Shown in pieces: positions 27,029-36,549 of a stretch of DNA of 64,000 nucleotides. Position 1 is the stretch's first letter. Each line of letters opens with the position of its first letter. The DNA comes from a virus (taxonomy: Duplodnaviria > Caudoviricetes). The DNA lies in IMG/VR virus record IMGVR_UViG_3300049573_000247, positions 32,001-96,000 of that record; one strand, given 5' to 3'. The notes under the pieces are model-generated. The model was not told the DNA's origin. It did not search any database and saw only the letters and a program-made list of their open reading frames with translations. Both the position numbers and the translations under genes were made by a program.

Positions 27029-27433
27029 TTACTCCGTTTCCTGGTCGTCGGTGCGGGGGTGGGTACCGACCCATTCGACGCCGGAGATGAGACCGGTTTC
27101 GGGCGTGGCCATGAACGAGGGTGCGTACCCCTCGTTGATGAAGTTCAGGTACGTCTCCTTCGACAGGCCCGAACCGTGCCACGTGTAGGCGGGGGAGGCC
27201 ATCCATTCGGCGAGTTCGTCGGGGGTGGCGAAGACCGGGCTGATCGGCGATCCCTCCGTGACGGTCTCCCACAGCTGGTAACCGTCGCCGGGTGGGGGCT
27301 CGGTCTTGCCGTGCTCGTACCACCAGTCGTAGTCCTCTTCGGTGACCAGTCCTGGGGGTGGCAGGTAGCCGGGCCACGCCTTGTCGAGGGGGTGGGAGAA
27401 GTCGAGGTCGACGCGCTTGATCTCACGTCCCAT
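27029..27433 (-). CDS. conserved large-phage protein
   Basis: MGREIKRV...GYQLWETVTEGSPISPVFATPDELAEW. Confidence 0.8.
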   Translation of the reverse strand: MGREIKRVDLDFSHPLDKAWPGYLPPPGLVTEEDYDWWYEHGKTEPPPGDGYQLWETVTEGSPISPVFATPDELAEWMASPAYTWHGSGLSKETYLNFINEGYAPSFMATPETGLISGVEWVGTHPRTDDQETE

Positions 27434-27689
27434 CAGTGGTCTCCTTGCTGCGGTCGGGCGGTAGGTGGTAGGTGAACTGGGCGTCGTCGACCATGACCCG
27501 GGTGCCGACCGGGTTGCCGTTCTCGTCCTTCTGGAGGAAGCTGACGGACCGGTGCATCGCGTAGCCGTCGTTGCGCATCTCCTGGATCGTCAGCTCGCCG
27601 CGCAACGGGAGCTTGTCGGCCAGGTAGGGGTTGGACGTCGCGGTCAAGGTGACCATGAGCGGCCGGTTCCATCCCGTGTAGTGGCTCAC
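27423..27689 (-). CDS. hypothetical protein
   Basis: GTGA overlap, SD GGAGG. Confidence 0.65.
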   Translation of the reverse strand: MSHYTGWNRPLMVTLTATSNPYLADKLPLRGELTIQEMRNDGYAMHRSVSFLQKDENGNPVGTRVMVDDAQFTYHLPPDRSKETTDGT

Positions 27690-28300
27690 GAGAACGTTGC
27701 CTCCTCCTCTGCGTCTTTCAGGTAGTAGCGGCCCAGGTCGTCGGTGTCGACGTGGTCGAAGAAGCGGCGCACCAGGCGCGCGACCGGAGCCATCGGCGTG
27801 TCCATACTCGCGATCAGCGGCACCGGCTTGATGAACAGCTCGGCGATCTCCTTGCCCAGCTCGACCGCGCGCTCGCGCTCGGCCAGCCATGTCGCCTTGT
27901 GGGCGCGGAGCGCCAGCTCCATGACTTGTTCGCGCAGGGCCCGCTCGTTGTCGATCATCTCGCACAGGTCCTGGAGGTAGACACCGCCGATGGTGTCGGG
28001 GGTCCGGTACCAGACGCTGATCCACTCGCCCCGGATCTTGTTGGCTGGGACGCGGTAGTGCCGCTCGCCGGTGTCGAACTCGTCGTCGAGTTCGACGGCG
28101 TGGATCGGCATGACCACGCGCACGCAGCCCTCCCCGTACCCGGCGGCGTAGTAGCCCTGGTCCCGGTTGGAGAAGTAGACCGGGCCGGTGTCCTTGTCGC
28201 CCTCCTTCGACTGGAAGCGCCGCACGCGGCCGATCAGCTCGGCCGTCTCGGCGCTCGTGCGGTGGAACAGCTCGATCCACCCGTCGGGAACATCGCTCAT
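27686..28300 (-). CDS. candidate ADP-ribosyltransferase-fold domain fused to helical domain
   Basis: LFHRTS, VYFS, GYG, LDDEF..GERHY. Confidence 0.55.
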   Translation of the reverse strand: MSDVPDGWIELFHRTSAETAELIGRVRRFQSKEGDKDTGPVYFSNRDQGYYAAGYGEGCVRVVMPIHAVELDDEFDTGERHYRVPANKIRGEWISVWYRTPDTIGGVYLQDLCEMIDNERALREQVMELALRAHKATWLAERERAVELGKEIAELFIKPVPLIASMDTPMAPVARLVRRFFDHVDTDDLGRYYLKDAEEEATFS

Positions 28301-28310
28301 GAAACCTTCC

Positions 28311-28592
28311 TTACTGTCGGTAGCGCTCAGTCAGGGCACGGGCACCCTCGGGGTTCGCCCGGCACCAGGCCAAGATGACCGCGAGATTCGCGGTCGCCTT
28401 GAGCTGCGAACGGCACACCCTCGTGACGCCGGGGATGCCCTCGACCCACGACTGGAAGAACCAGCGGCCCTGTGTCGGGGTCATGTGCTCGGAGTACAGG
28501 AACACGTCCTCCACCCCGATCCCCGCCAACTGCGCGACATCGGCCAGCGCTATAGCGTTAGCCTCCTGGAACGACGGATCAGTACTAGCCAC
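28311..28592 (-). CDS. hypothetical protein
   Basis: SD AAGGA. Confidence 0.65.
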   Translation of the reverse strand: MASTDPSFQEANAIALADVAQLAGIGVEDVFLYSEHMTPTQGRWFFQSWVEGIPGVTRVCRSQLKATANLAVILAWCRANPEGARALTERYRQ

Positions 28593-28600
28593 GAGGGTCC

Positions 28601-28918
28601 TTACTCTTCGAGTTTTTGCAGGTAGTAGTAGCCGAGGTCGCCCCGGTTGACGTGGCGCAGCAGCTGGTCCAGCAGACGCCCGAGCGCGTCGTCGCGCTGG
28701 GCCGGTGAGAGGTAACCCGTGAAGGTGTGCAGCACCTTCTCGCCGACGGCGCGGGCCCGGTCGATCTCGCTGGAGTAGGTGGTCGCCCAGCGCGCTTTCC
28801 GGGCCGTGTCCAGCGCGAAGCGCAGCAGGCGCTGGTCGTTGTTGACCACAATGGTCACGTCCTGCATGCAGGCGGTGTCGATCGCGTCGCTCACCTGCGC
28901 TTCGGTGTAGAACCCCAC
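28601..28918 (-). CDS. stand-alone paralog of C-domain of 27686-28300
   Basis: NDQRL...HVNRGDLGYYYLQKLEE. Confidence 0.7.
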   Translation of the reverse strand: MGFYTEAQVSDAIDTACMQDVTIVVNNDQRLLRFALDTARKARWATTYSSEIDRARAVGEKVLHTFTGYLSPAQRDDALGRLLDQLLRHVNRGDLGYYYLQKLEE

Positions 28919-28944
28919 CGGCGGTGCTCCTCCCTCATGAACGG

Positions 28945-29382
28945 TCACTGGCTGCGCTCCTGCTGCCAGGCATCGGCCAGCATCGCGCCGACCGCGTGGG
29001 CCAGGTGCGCCCCGGCCTCGTCGAGGTGGGCGTACACCACCCGGTGCAGGTCGGTGACGTCCTCGACGTCCACCTCGTAGTGGGCCTGCCACAGCGAGAT
29101 CTCGGTGGCGATGAGGAACCCGTCGCCGGTGAACGGCAGCCAGTTCTCGGCCGGGCCGAGGACGCTTCGCGCCCACTCCCAGTCCTCGGCCCACGTGTCC
29201 GGCTCCCAGGACTCAACCGCCCTGGTGCACACCTGTTCGGCCCAACGCCATCCCTTGGACACCTCGGTGGTGCCGGAGATCCCGGTGTGCTTCTTGACCT
29301 TGAGCCGGGACCGCTCCGACGCAGCGCGCAGCATCTGCGCGCTGACGGGGAAACTGATCCACAGCACTTCCAGATCGTCCAT
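28945..29382 (-). CDS. hypothetical protein
   Basis: SD GGAGGAG. Confidence 0.7.
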   Translation of the reverse strand: MDDLEVLWISFPVSAQMLRAASERSRLKVKKHTGISGTTEVSKGWRWAEQVCTRAVESWEPDTWAEDWEWARSVLGPAENWLPFTGDGFLIATEISLWQAHYEVDVEDVTDLHRVVYAHLDEAGAHLAHAVGAMLADAWQQERSQ

Positions 29383-29856
29383 CTAGTGCTCCTCCTCGTA
29401 CGGGTTGGTCTTCTCAATGAGGGCGCCGGGAGCATACTCGGCGACCCGTTCGTTCTCCTCGCCCTCGTTCAGGCGCACTCGCACCCACTCGCGGCCCTCC
29501 CCGGTGCGACCGGAGTCGAGCACGACACCGTACTCGGCTCCGTGCCACCACGTGTCGCCTTCGCCGCGTGGAATAGCGACCGCGTCGTCCTCACACCACC
29601 AGTCGAACTCGGATTCGGTGAAGGCGCGCCGCATCTTGGGGCCCACCCAGAACCGTGCCTTGCCGAGCGCGACCGCATTTTCCCACGAGGCCTCGCCGTT
29701 GGCGCACATGTCGCAGGTGGGCACCGGTTCACCGGCCCAACCCGGGGCCGGTTCGACCGCACCCATCTCCTCGTCGGCCTGGTCGGCTGGGTGTGCGCCG
29801 CAGAGCGCGCACTGCTGGTCCTGGTGCAGTTGCTTCAGCTTCAGCTGCTGGTTCAC
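29383..29856 (-). CDS. Zn-finger hypothetical protein
   Basis: CALC...CDMC. Confidence 0.65.
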   Translation of the reverse strand: MNQQLKLKQLHQDQQCALCGAHPADQADEEMGAVEPAPGWAGEPVPTCDMCANGEASWENAVALGKARFWVGPKMRRAFTESEFDWWCEDDAVAIPRGEGDTWWHGAEYGVVLDSGRTGEGREWVRVRLNEGEENERVAEYAPGALIEKTNPYEEEH

Positions 29857-29861
29857 GCGTC

Positions 29862-30077
29862 CTACCTTTCGGGGGTCTGGGTGGTCGAGTACTTGCGCCA
29901 GGCGGCGTCGAAGCATTCGGGGTTGACGAACACTTCGCGGCTGTTGCACACGTGCACCTGCACGTACCCGGTCTCGGACCGCTTCTTGTACTTGGGTTTC
30001 AGCGAGCTGATGGTGACCATCGCACCGCCGACGGCGACAAGATTCTCGCCGCAGCCAGCGCACTCGGGATACGCCAT
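29862..30077 (-). CDS. small Cys-rich protein
   Basis: CAGC...HVC...C. Confidence 0.65.
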   Translation of the reverse strand: MAYPECAGCGENLVAVGGAMVTISSLKPKYKKRSETGYVQVHVCNSREVFVNPECFDAAWRKYSTTQTPER

Positions 30078-30194
30078 GATAATGATTCGCCTTTCTGTCG
30101 AAACGATATCGGAGAGGGCCGACATGGACGCCAGGCCAATGGCACGCGTGCCCCGGCCAGCGGCCGGGGCACGATGCGAAAGGACCAGCGAGCG

Positions 30195-30818
30195 CTACTC
30201 GCTCGGTTCGGCGACGGCGACCCACGAGAGTTCGCTCATGTACGAATCGCTCCAGCGCGCCGGGTTGTCCGCCCAGGTGATGCACGTCCGGGGCCCCCAG
30301 TACCGGTCGCTGTAGTCGCGTTTGGTGGACAGGACCGTGCGCGGCGCGTCAGTGAAACTGCGGTTCTCGAAAGCCACGACGACGTCCCCCTCTCGGAGGT
30401 CATCGGCCCGCTTCCACCGGCCGATGTCGCCCAGGCGCGGCACCGCGTGCTTGCCGAACAGCACCCCCGCCAGGACCCGCTCTCGGCGCGGCGCGTAGGT
30501 GTACTCCTCGGGCCGGAAGGTCATAGCTTCCAGGTCTTCGATGAGCAGCCGCTCGACCGTGCTCTCGGTCCCGGTCACCGGCCACTGGGCGGTGCCGGTC
30601 TCCACCCACAGGCGCGAGAAGACGACCGTCTCGACGCCGTCGTGGTCCTCGGGCTTGTCGTGCGAAAACACGAACGCCTCGGCCGGGTGCGCTTCCCAGG
30701 TGTACTCCTCGCCGATCCACCGCTCGGCCATCGGCACCGCGAGCGCGGGCTCCAGTTGGTGCTGCTGCTCCCAGTACATCAGCGACAGCGCTTTCCGCTT
30801 GCCTTCCTCCTTCGTCAT
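30195..30818 (-). CDS. hypothetical protein
   Basis: SD AAAGGAG, ATGA overlap. Confidence 0.7.
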   Translation of the reverse strand: MTKEEGKRKALSLMYWEQQHQLEPALAVPMAERWIGEEYTWEAHPAEAFVFSHDKPEDHDGVETVVFSRLWVETGTAQWPVTGTESTVERLLIEDLEAMTFRPEEYTYAPRRERVLAGVLFGKHAVPRLGDIGRWKRADDLREGDVVVAFENRSFTDAPRTVLSTKRDYSDRYWGPRTCITWADNPARWSDSYMSELSWVAVAEPSE

Positions 30819-31045
30819 GCTGCTCCTTTCAGGGGTGTGTCCTTGTAGGCGACGATGCCGGGGATCGGCTCGATCCCGGTCATGCGCCCCTTGTGGGTCG
30901 CGATGCCGGTGTGCCCCCCGCACACGGCCAGCGCGGCCGTACCCGCGTCGCCGCCGGGGTTGTCGATCTCGTAGTACTCGATCTGCACGGGCACGCGCCC
31001 GCACGAGGCCACGACACAGCGCTGCGGCTGCTTCTGCTCACTCAT
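30815..31045 (-). CDS. small hypothetical protein
   Basis: CVVASC...CGGH. Confidence 0.65.
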   Translation of the reverse strand: MSEQKQPQRCVVASCGRVPVQIEYYEIDNPGGDAGTAALAVCGGHTGIATHKGRMTGIEPIPGIVAYKDTPLKGAA

Positions 31046-31063
31046 CTGTTCTCGTTCCTTGGG

Positions 31064-31321
31064 TTAGACACCCACGACCAGAGCAGTCGGGGTGGTCTTG
31101 CTCGCGCGGGCGGCGAAGCTCGACGCCTTGGCGACGATGAGGCCGTCCTTCTTGGCCCCCCCCGTGATGCGGGCGACGATGAGCAGGCCGATCGGGCTGC
31201 GTCGCGCGCCCACCACTTTCACCTTGGTGCCGCTGCTCTTGTGCAGGGCCAGCTGGCCCGTGCCGAACGCGAACACGCTGCTGCGCTTGCCGTTGGGGTT
31301 GGGGTTGGGGTTGTGGTTCAT
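31064..31321 (-). CDS. small basic protein
   Basis: SD GGAGG; NPNPNP repeat; Lys/Arg-rich. Confidence 0.65.
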   Translation of the reverse strand: MNHNPNPNPNGKRSSVFAFGTGQLALHKSSGTKVKVVGARRSPIGLLIVARITGGAKKDGLIVAKASSFAARASKTTPTALVVGV

Positions 31322-31394
31322 GAGTATCCTCCATCTTGCTGACGTTGATGTGGCCCGCAGGGTGCGGACGTGAGTGGGCTCCCGTTTCGGGCGC

Positions 31395-31460
31395 ACGAAC
31401 AAGCCCACCCGCCAGACGACGGGTGGGCTTGTTCCTGCGCCCGGCGCATCAGCGCCGGGC
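31395..31460 (-). terminator. tandem hairpins
   Basis: gaacaagcccacccg/cgggtgggcttgttc and gcccggcgc/gcgccgggc. Confidence 0.6.
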
Positions 31461-31469
31461 TCGGACTTG

Positions 31470-32039
31470 CTAGTGGTAGCGGGGATCGTCCTCCTCGTAC
31501 CAGCGCTCGCCCGCGTACGCCGGATCGAAGTCGCCCGGCTCGGTGTCGGGGTAGCGCTGGCGGATCTCCTCGTGGCGCTTGCAGGAGGCGGCCCAGTGGC
31601 CGTCGCACCGGTTCGACCCGTTGCCGGTGCCGGACAGGAACGCGTGGTAGTTGACGGTGCCGGAGCAGTCGGGGCCGGGGCCGTCGGAGCAGGTGCGCTC
31701 CTCGCGGCGCACGATCCAGCGCTTGCCGTGGAGGATGATCTCCGCGTCGTGTCCGGCGGCGCCCGAGGCGGTGAAGCGTCGCCACTTCGCGGCCTTCTCG
31801 TCCGCGTCGCGCTCGCCGTAGGGCGGCCTGATGGTGTCGATGCTGTCGCTGAAGGTGAGGTCGCCGTTGTCTTCGCTGATGAGTTGGCCGAGCTTCCAGT
31901 ACAGCGCGCCGACTGCCTCCAGCGGCGTGGCGCACTCAAAGCCCCAGCCGGAGCTGTCGCGGCCGGTGGCGTCGTATTCCATGCGCGCCTCGAACGCGAC
32001 CGTCACGCCCGGCTGCGTGTTCAAGTCAGTCAATGTCAC
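31470..32039 (-). CDS. hypothetical protein, Cys-rich C-terminal domain
   Basis: C..GP..CSG.V...RC..H...DFDPAYAGERW. Confidence 0.7.
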   Translation of the reverse strand: MTLTDLNTQPGVTVAFEARMEYDATGRDSSGWGFECATPLEAVGALYWKLGQLISEDNGDLTFSDSIDTIRPPYGERDADEKAAKWRRFTASGAAGHDAEIILHGKRWIVRREERTCSDGPGPDCSGTVNYHAFLSGTGNGSNRCDGHWAASCKRHEEIRQRYPDTEPGDFDPAYAGERWYEEDDPRYH

Positions 32040-32096
32040 TCCATCCCATGCGTATATCAATATGCATGAATAACTAGCGGTCACTGGTACCGATTC

Positions 32097-32132
32097 ATCG
32101 AACGATTTCTATGCAATTGGGGGTCGGGACAC
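32097..32132 (-). promoter_or_regulatory. conserved intergenic element, copy 1
   Basis: ATCGAACGATTTCTAT-n5-TGGGGGTCGGGACAC. Confidence 0.75.
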
Positions 32133-32840
32133 TCAGCCTTGGAAGTACTCCACGCTGTCGCCGATGGACACGCGCGTCGGCACGGTGCCCTCCTTCGTCA
32201 GCACCTCGGCATCGGCCGTGTCGTAGTGGATGCTCACGCGCAGCTCGCAGTCGGCGAAGTAGGCGTACACCTGGACGCCGCCGACCTCGATGCACGGGAG
32301 CACCCCGTCGCTCCCCATCGGGAGGAACCGCGCCGCCGCGTTCAACTCGGCCGCCCGCTCCTCGTCGAGCAGTGTCTTCCCCGGCTTCACCGGGTCGGCC
32401 TGCCCGCGACCGTAGGTGTCGGTCAGGGTCAGGACCCGCCGCTCCTCACGGCCGTCGGGGTACACCAGGACGAGCACGTCGCCGGTGTCCAGGATCGGGT
32501 GGTCTTTCGCGTACACCTGGCCCGACGCGGCCGTGCCGGTCGAGTCGCCGTGTGCGCTGATCACCGTGGCCTCGGGTTCGAGGAGGACGGTGAACTTCTC
32601 GTTGGTGCCCTTGTTGTACGGGTCGAGGTACTTGCCGTCGCCGCCGATCGGACCCATCGCACCCCACTTGGTCTCACCGGGGTGGGGATTCGGTCGGCGC
32701 AGATTGCTCCACACCTGGAGGCGGGAGGGCCCGGCATCGCGCCTGGTGCGGTAGACGTACATCGAGGTGAACTCGACGCCGTAGTGATCGCGCCGGTACT
32801 CGTCGCCCTCGACCAATTCGATGCGGTGTTCCATGCTCAT
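32133..32840 (-). CDS. two-domain hypothetical protein
   Basis: SD AAAGGA; C-domain PCIEVGGVQVYAY. Confidence 0.75.
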   Translation of the reverse strand: MSMEHRIELVEGDEYRRDHYGVEFTSMYVYRTRRDAGPSRLQVWSNLRRPNPHPGETKWGAMGPIGGDGKYLDPYNKGTNEKFTVLLEPEATVISAHGDSTGTAASGQVYAKDHPILDTGDVLVLVYPDGREERRVLTLTDTYGRGQADPVKPGKTLLDEERAAELNAAARFLPMGSDGVLPCIEVGGVQVYAYFADCELRVSIHYDTADAEVLTKEGTVPTRVSIGDSVEYFQG

Positions 32841-32905
32841 CCTTTCTCTGGGGGGCAGAACCATCACGGCGTGGGGCCCGCCAGGGCGGGCCCCACAGTG
32901 AGCGT

Positions 32906-33751
32906 TCAGTCCTCGAAGTCCGCCTCGCGCGGCGGCGTCAGTTCACCTGACCGCATCTGATCGGCCGCCTCGATCAACCGCGCCGCCGACACATGCCGCT
33001 CATCGAACAGCCGGGGGAAAAACCCGGAGCCCCACGCACGGCGCATGCGACTGCGGGCCCGTCGGCACGCGTAGTACACCGACTGCACGGGACCAAACGG
33101 CTTCGACCACCACAGCCAGTGCCGCAGGCGAGGCAACCACCGTTCCTCTTTCGGCTTGCCGAACATCGGCTTGGGAGGGAATCCCTGGTGGAGGTACATG
33201 CGGGTCACGGTGCCGTGGGTGATTCGCCACTCGGCGATGACCGTGTGCTTCGGTGCGGCACCGGCGCAACCAAACCCACCGGAAAGCGCTTGCGCTGTCA
33301 TCTCCAGGAACGGGAACGCCGTGGCGATCTGCCGCCATTCGGCTTCGATGTCGTCAACCTCGGGGTACTTGACGCCTATGTGCCAGTCGGGCCGGATCGT
33401 GCCATCCCAGCGCAGCCAGCCACCAGGCTCATCCGAGTGCGACATGATCGCGTCGTTGTCCAAGTGGGACAACCCGAGTGATCCGATCGACTCACCGTAC
33501 GCGTCAGCTATCGTGTGTCGTTCGTTGACCCACGCCCACCACTGAACGCACTTGTCGTCGTCGCAGACCTCCTCATGCCGGTCGTACCAGCCAAGAATGC
33601 ACGCCACGATGTGCCGCCACTCCTCGTCGTTGCACGCCGTGAAACGCCAGTCGTTGGTGCGCATCATGACCTCGTTGGTCTGCTCGCGCGTCAGCGGCTC
33701 ACCGACCGTGAGCATCCGCGCCCACCGGCCCAACCCGTCCTCGTACCCCAT
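32906..33751 (-). CDS. paralog of 16280-16960
   Basis: GWLRWDG; EWRQIATAFPFLEM; ERHVS..RL. Confidence 0.75.
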   Translation of the reverse strand: MGYEDGLGRWARMLTVGEPLTREQTNEVMMRTNDWRFTACNDEEWRHIVACILGWYDRHEEVCDDDKCVQWWAWVNERHTIADAYGESIGSLGLSHLDNDAIMSHSDEPGGWLRWDGTIRPDWHIGVKYPEVDDIEAEWRQIATAFPFLEMTAQALSGGFGCAGAAPKHTVIAEWRITHGTVTRMYLHQGFPPKPMFGKPKEERWLPRLRHWLWWSKPFGPVQSVYYACRRARSRMRRAWGSGFFPRLFDERHVSAARLIEAADQMRSGELTPPREADFED

Positions 33752-33778
33752 AGTTCCCTCTTCTCATGCCCGCTGCGG

Positions 33779-34747
33779 TCACAGCGGGCGGCACGGCGTA
33801 CCGCACACCGCGACGTGGAAGACCGCATCAGCGGCCGTCGGTGAGAGCGGGGCCTTGTACCCGTTCCAGTCGCACGTCACCAGGTCGCGGCATTCCAGCG
33901 CCACCGCCGGGTCGACGCGCATCGACCCGGTCGCGCACGCCACCAGCGCCATCCAGATCCGAGCCGCATCGACCTGGACCGCGTCGTTAGTGCCGCACAC
34001 CAGCCAGTACGACCACCACGCCTCCCCCTCGTTCTCGTGGCCGGTGACCGTGAACGCCTCCAGCGTCGCCGGTTCAGCCACCGCCTTCCACAGGTTCAGC
34101 TCGCGCCGCCGGAAGGCCCAGGGCCGTTCCTGCGGAAACGTGACCGACTGCTCCAGCTCGACTTCGGCCAGCGCCCGCTCGGCCTCCTCGACCGCGTACT
34201 CGTAGCCGACCATGCGCGACGACGTGTAGTCGCCGCCCCCTTCCAGCGGCTGCCACTCGGTGCGCTTGAACCCCGTCGCCGCGTGCGACCACTCGACCTC
34301 GTACTCGACCGCATAGCCGTACACGTCGCCCTCGTTGAAGTCCTTCACGAACGTCACGGCCTGCTCCAGCGCGGCCTCGACGCCATCCTCGGAACCGACC
34401 GCCGAAGCAACCCACCTCGGTGTCGACACGGCCCACCAGGTGTCCCCGTCCGAGTCGGTCTGGATGAGTTTGACGCGCACCCCGTAGGCCAGCCACAGGT
34501 AGCGCGCGGTCAGCTCCTCCCGAACGTTCCCGATCGCGTAGTGCGAGGCGGCCCACGCCAGACGCGTGGTGTCGAAACCGTCCTCCCACTGGCCGCCTGC
34601 CTGGACGACCGGCGAGCCGTCACGGTTCGGCTTCGGAACCGACACGACCAGCGGCAGGAAATCGCCCTGATCATCCAGCTCCCCAGGGTCCTCATCGGAG
34701 AACACCCGGACCCGCAGGCCCTCCACCCTGACTGATTCGATCTCCAT
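33779..34747 (-). CDS. two-domain protein (GDVYGY domain + D..AD..A family domain)
   Basis: EGDVYGY; IWMALVAC...TAADAVFHVAVCG. Confidence 0.75.
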   Translation of the reverse strand: MEIESVRVEGLRVRVFSDEDPGELDDQGDFLPLVVSVPKPNRDGSPVVQAGGQWEDGFDTTRLAWAASHYAIGNVREELTARYLWLAYGVRVKLIQTDSDGDTWWAVSTPRWVASAVGSEDGVEAALEQAVTFVKDFNEGDVYGYAVEYEVEWSHAATGFKRTEWQPLEGGGDYTSSRMVGYEYAVEEAERALAEVELEQSVTFPQERPWAFRRRELNLWKAVAEPATLEAFTVTGHENEGEAWWSYWLVCGTNDAVQVDAARIWMALVACATGSMRVDPAVALECRDLVTCDWNGYKAPLSPTAADAVFHVAVCGTPCRPL

Positions 34748-34814
34748 TGCAGCCCTTCCTCTCGCGAATAGGTCTACAGCGGAGGCCGGGCGGTGCCCGG
34801 CCCCCACTGAGGGC

Positions 34815-35351
34815 CTACTCGATGTAGCCCGCTGCGCCGCCCTCGGTGACGTCGAAGACGTACACCCACTGCGGCTTTCCGCCGGTCCGTCCGGGCACCG
34901 ACCGGAACGCGGCGCCCCTGCGGTTCATGGTCTGCTCGGCCCACTCGGTCCAGTCGAACAGGTCCCGGATCGCCGAGTTCGACAACTCGCCCCAGCGGGA
35001 GAACCCGCGCCGCGCCCCGTCCCAGGTAGCGAGGTGATCCAGCAGGGAACCCGCCCCCAGATCCTCAGGGCTGGCGAACTGGTCGCAGCAGAACGCCTCA
35101 TCGGATTCCCACCGGCCCTTGAACGCGCCCGCGTTCGCCCACCGGACCACCGCCGAGTACGGGTGGGCGTCGTCGGCGCGCCGCCACGCGTGCACCGCTT
35201 CGATGCCGTCCCTGCCGTGAATCTGGGCGAGTTCGATCGTGAGCGGGTGTGCCAGGTCGGCCCGACCCCCGGGCGTAATCGCCGGATCGGCCTCCTTCCA
35301 CAGCGCCCACGACAGCTGCCGACCAGGCAGTGCCTCGTAGATCGGTTCCAT
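34815..35351 (-). CDS. hypothetical protein
   Basis: 178 aa ORF. Confidence 0.7.
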   Translation of the reverse strand: MEPIYEALPGRQLSWALWKEADPAITPGGRADLAHPLTIELAQIHGRDGIEAVHAWRRADDAHPYSAVVRWANAGAFKGRWESDEAFCCDQFASPEDLGAGSLLDHLATWDGARRGFSRWGELSNSAIRDLFDWTEWAEQTMNRRGAAFRSVPGRTGGKPQWVYVFDVTEGGAAGYIE

Positions 35352-35354
35352 TCC

Positions 35355-35732
35355 TTACGCCCCTTCCTCGGTGATCTGGTCGCATTCCACGGCGAAGCAC
35401 GGCACCACCCAGACTTCGACGCCGCGCGTCACGTGCGAGAGCGAGCCGCCCCCCATGGGCGACCCCTTCGGTCCGTGCAGGCGCGCTCCCCGCTCCAGAG
35501 CCTCGATGAGCTTGTCGTACCCCGTCCTGAGCAGGCGGCCGTCGTAGAGTTCGCCTGCCTTCCGGAACGCTCGCGCCTCGTCGTTGGTCTGGGCGATGTG
35601 CGCGAAGTGGTAGAAGTGCCCGGCCATGATCATCACCGCCTCGTCGACGGTCACGCCGTGGTCGATGTTGTCGGGATTGGGCGCGTCGCCGACCTCGTTG
35701 TACCCGACGGCCCAGTGCTGGACTTCGTACAT
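35355..35732 (-). CDS. hypothetical protein
   Basis: SD GGAGG. Confidence 0.7.
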   Translation of the reverse strand: MYEVQHWAVGYNEVGDAPNPDNIDHGVTVDEAVMIMAGHFYHFAHIAQTNDEARAFRKAGELYDGRLLRTGYDKLIEALERGARLHGPKGSPMGGGSLSHVTRGVEVWVVPCFAVECDQITEEGA

Positions 35733-36434
35733 CTACCGCTCCTCCCGCGCACCCTCACGGGCCGCCTCTTCACTCGCGTACACGTCACCGTGCGCTTTGA
35801 CGACCCCGCCCATGCCCCGCACGTCCACGGTCACGTTCGCCTCGTCGAAGGAGAACACGGTGCCCTGCATCAGGTCACGCCCGAAGACGCGCACCCACAC
35901 CGCAGCACCGACCCCCACGCGCTGGCCGCCTGCGATCTCCACGGTGTTCTCGTACTCGACCAGGTAGGCCAGGGCGTTTCCTGCTCGGGTCATGGCCTCG
36001 CCGAAGTCGGCGACGCCGTGCCGGTAGTTGTTCATACCGACTGCCCCGGTGCTGACCCACTGCTCTTGGGATCGGCTGGTGACCTCGTGTCGGTGCAAGT
36101 CGAACGAGTACGTGCCGTCCTTGTCGCGGAAGACGCAGACGCGCACGCCGGTGGACTCGGCGGTGATGATCTCGACGAGGCCCCAGCTGCCCCGGTCGTA
36201 CCGGCGAGCGCCGCCGCCGCTGCCGGGCTGGTTTGCCAGCTCGGCTTGCAGGGTCTGGACCTGGTGCTCCAGTTCTTTGATGCGCTCGGTCGCGTGGGTC
36301 TCGCTCGCCAACCGCGTGACCTCCCTCTCGTCCTCTTCGAACGGGCCGAAGTCCTCGCCGGAGGAGAACCACGGGCTGCTCCTCGGCGCTTCGCCGACCG
36401 CCTCCCGGTACGTCATGCGCTCCACAGTGCACAC
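35733..36434 (-). CDS. hypothetical protein
   Basis: 233 aa ORF; start uncertain. Confidence 0.7.
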   Translation of the reverse strand: MCTVERMTYREAVGEAPRSSPWFSSGEDFGPFEEDEREVTRLASETHATERIKELEHQVQTLQAELANQPGSGGGARRYDRGSWGLVEIITAESTGVRVCVFRDKDGTYSFDLHRHEVTSRSQEQWVSTGAVGMNNYRHGVADFGEAMTRAGNALAYLVEYENTVEIAGGQRVGVGAAVWVRVFGRDLMQGTVFSFDEANVTVDVRGMGGVVKAHGDVYASEEAAREGAREER

Positions 36435-36489
36435 CTTTCATCGATCAACTTGAATGCGAAGTGTCGTCGCCGGTAAACGGCAACAATCA

Positions 36490-36544
36490 ATCGAACGATT
36501 TCTATATCAATGGGGGTCGGGACACCACCGTGCCCCGACCCCCA
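36490..36544 (-). promoter_or_regulatory. conserved intergenic element, copy 2 (completed as hairpin)
   Basis: ATCGAACGATTTCTAT-n5-TGGGGGTCGGGACAC-cacc-gtgccccgaccccca. Confidence 0.75.
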
Positions 36545-36549
36545 CACGC

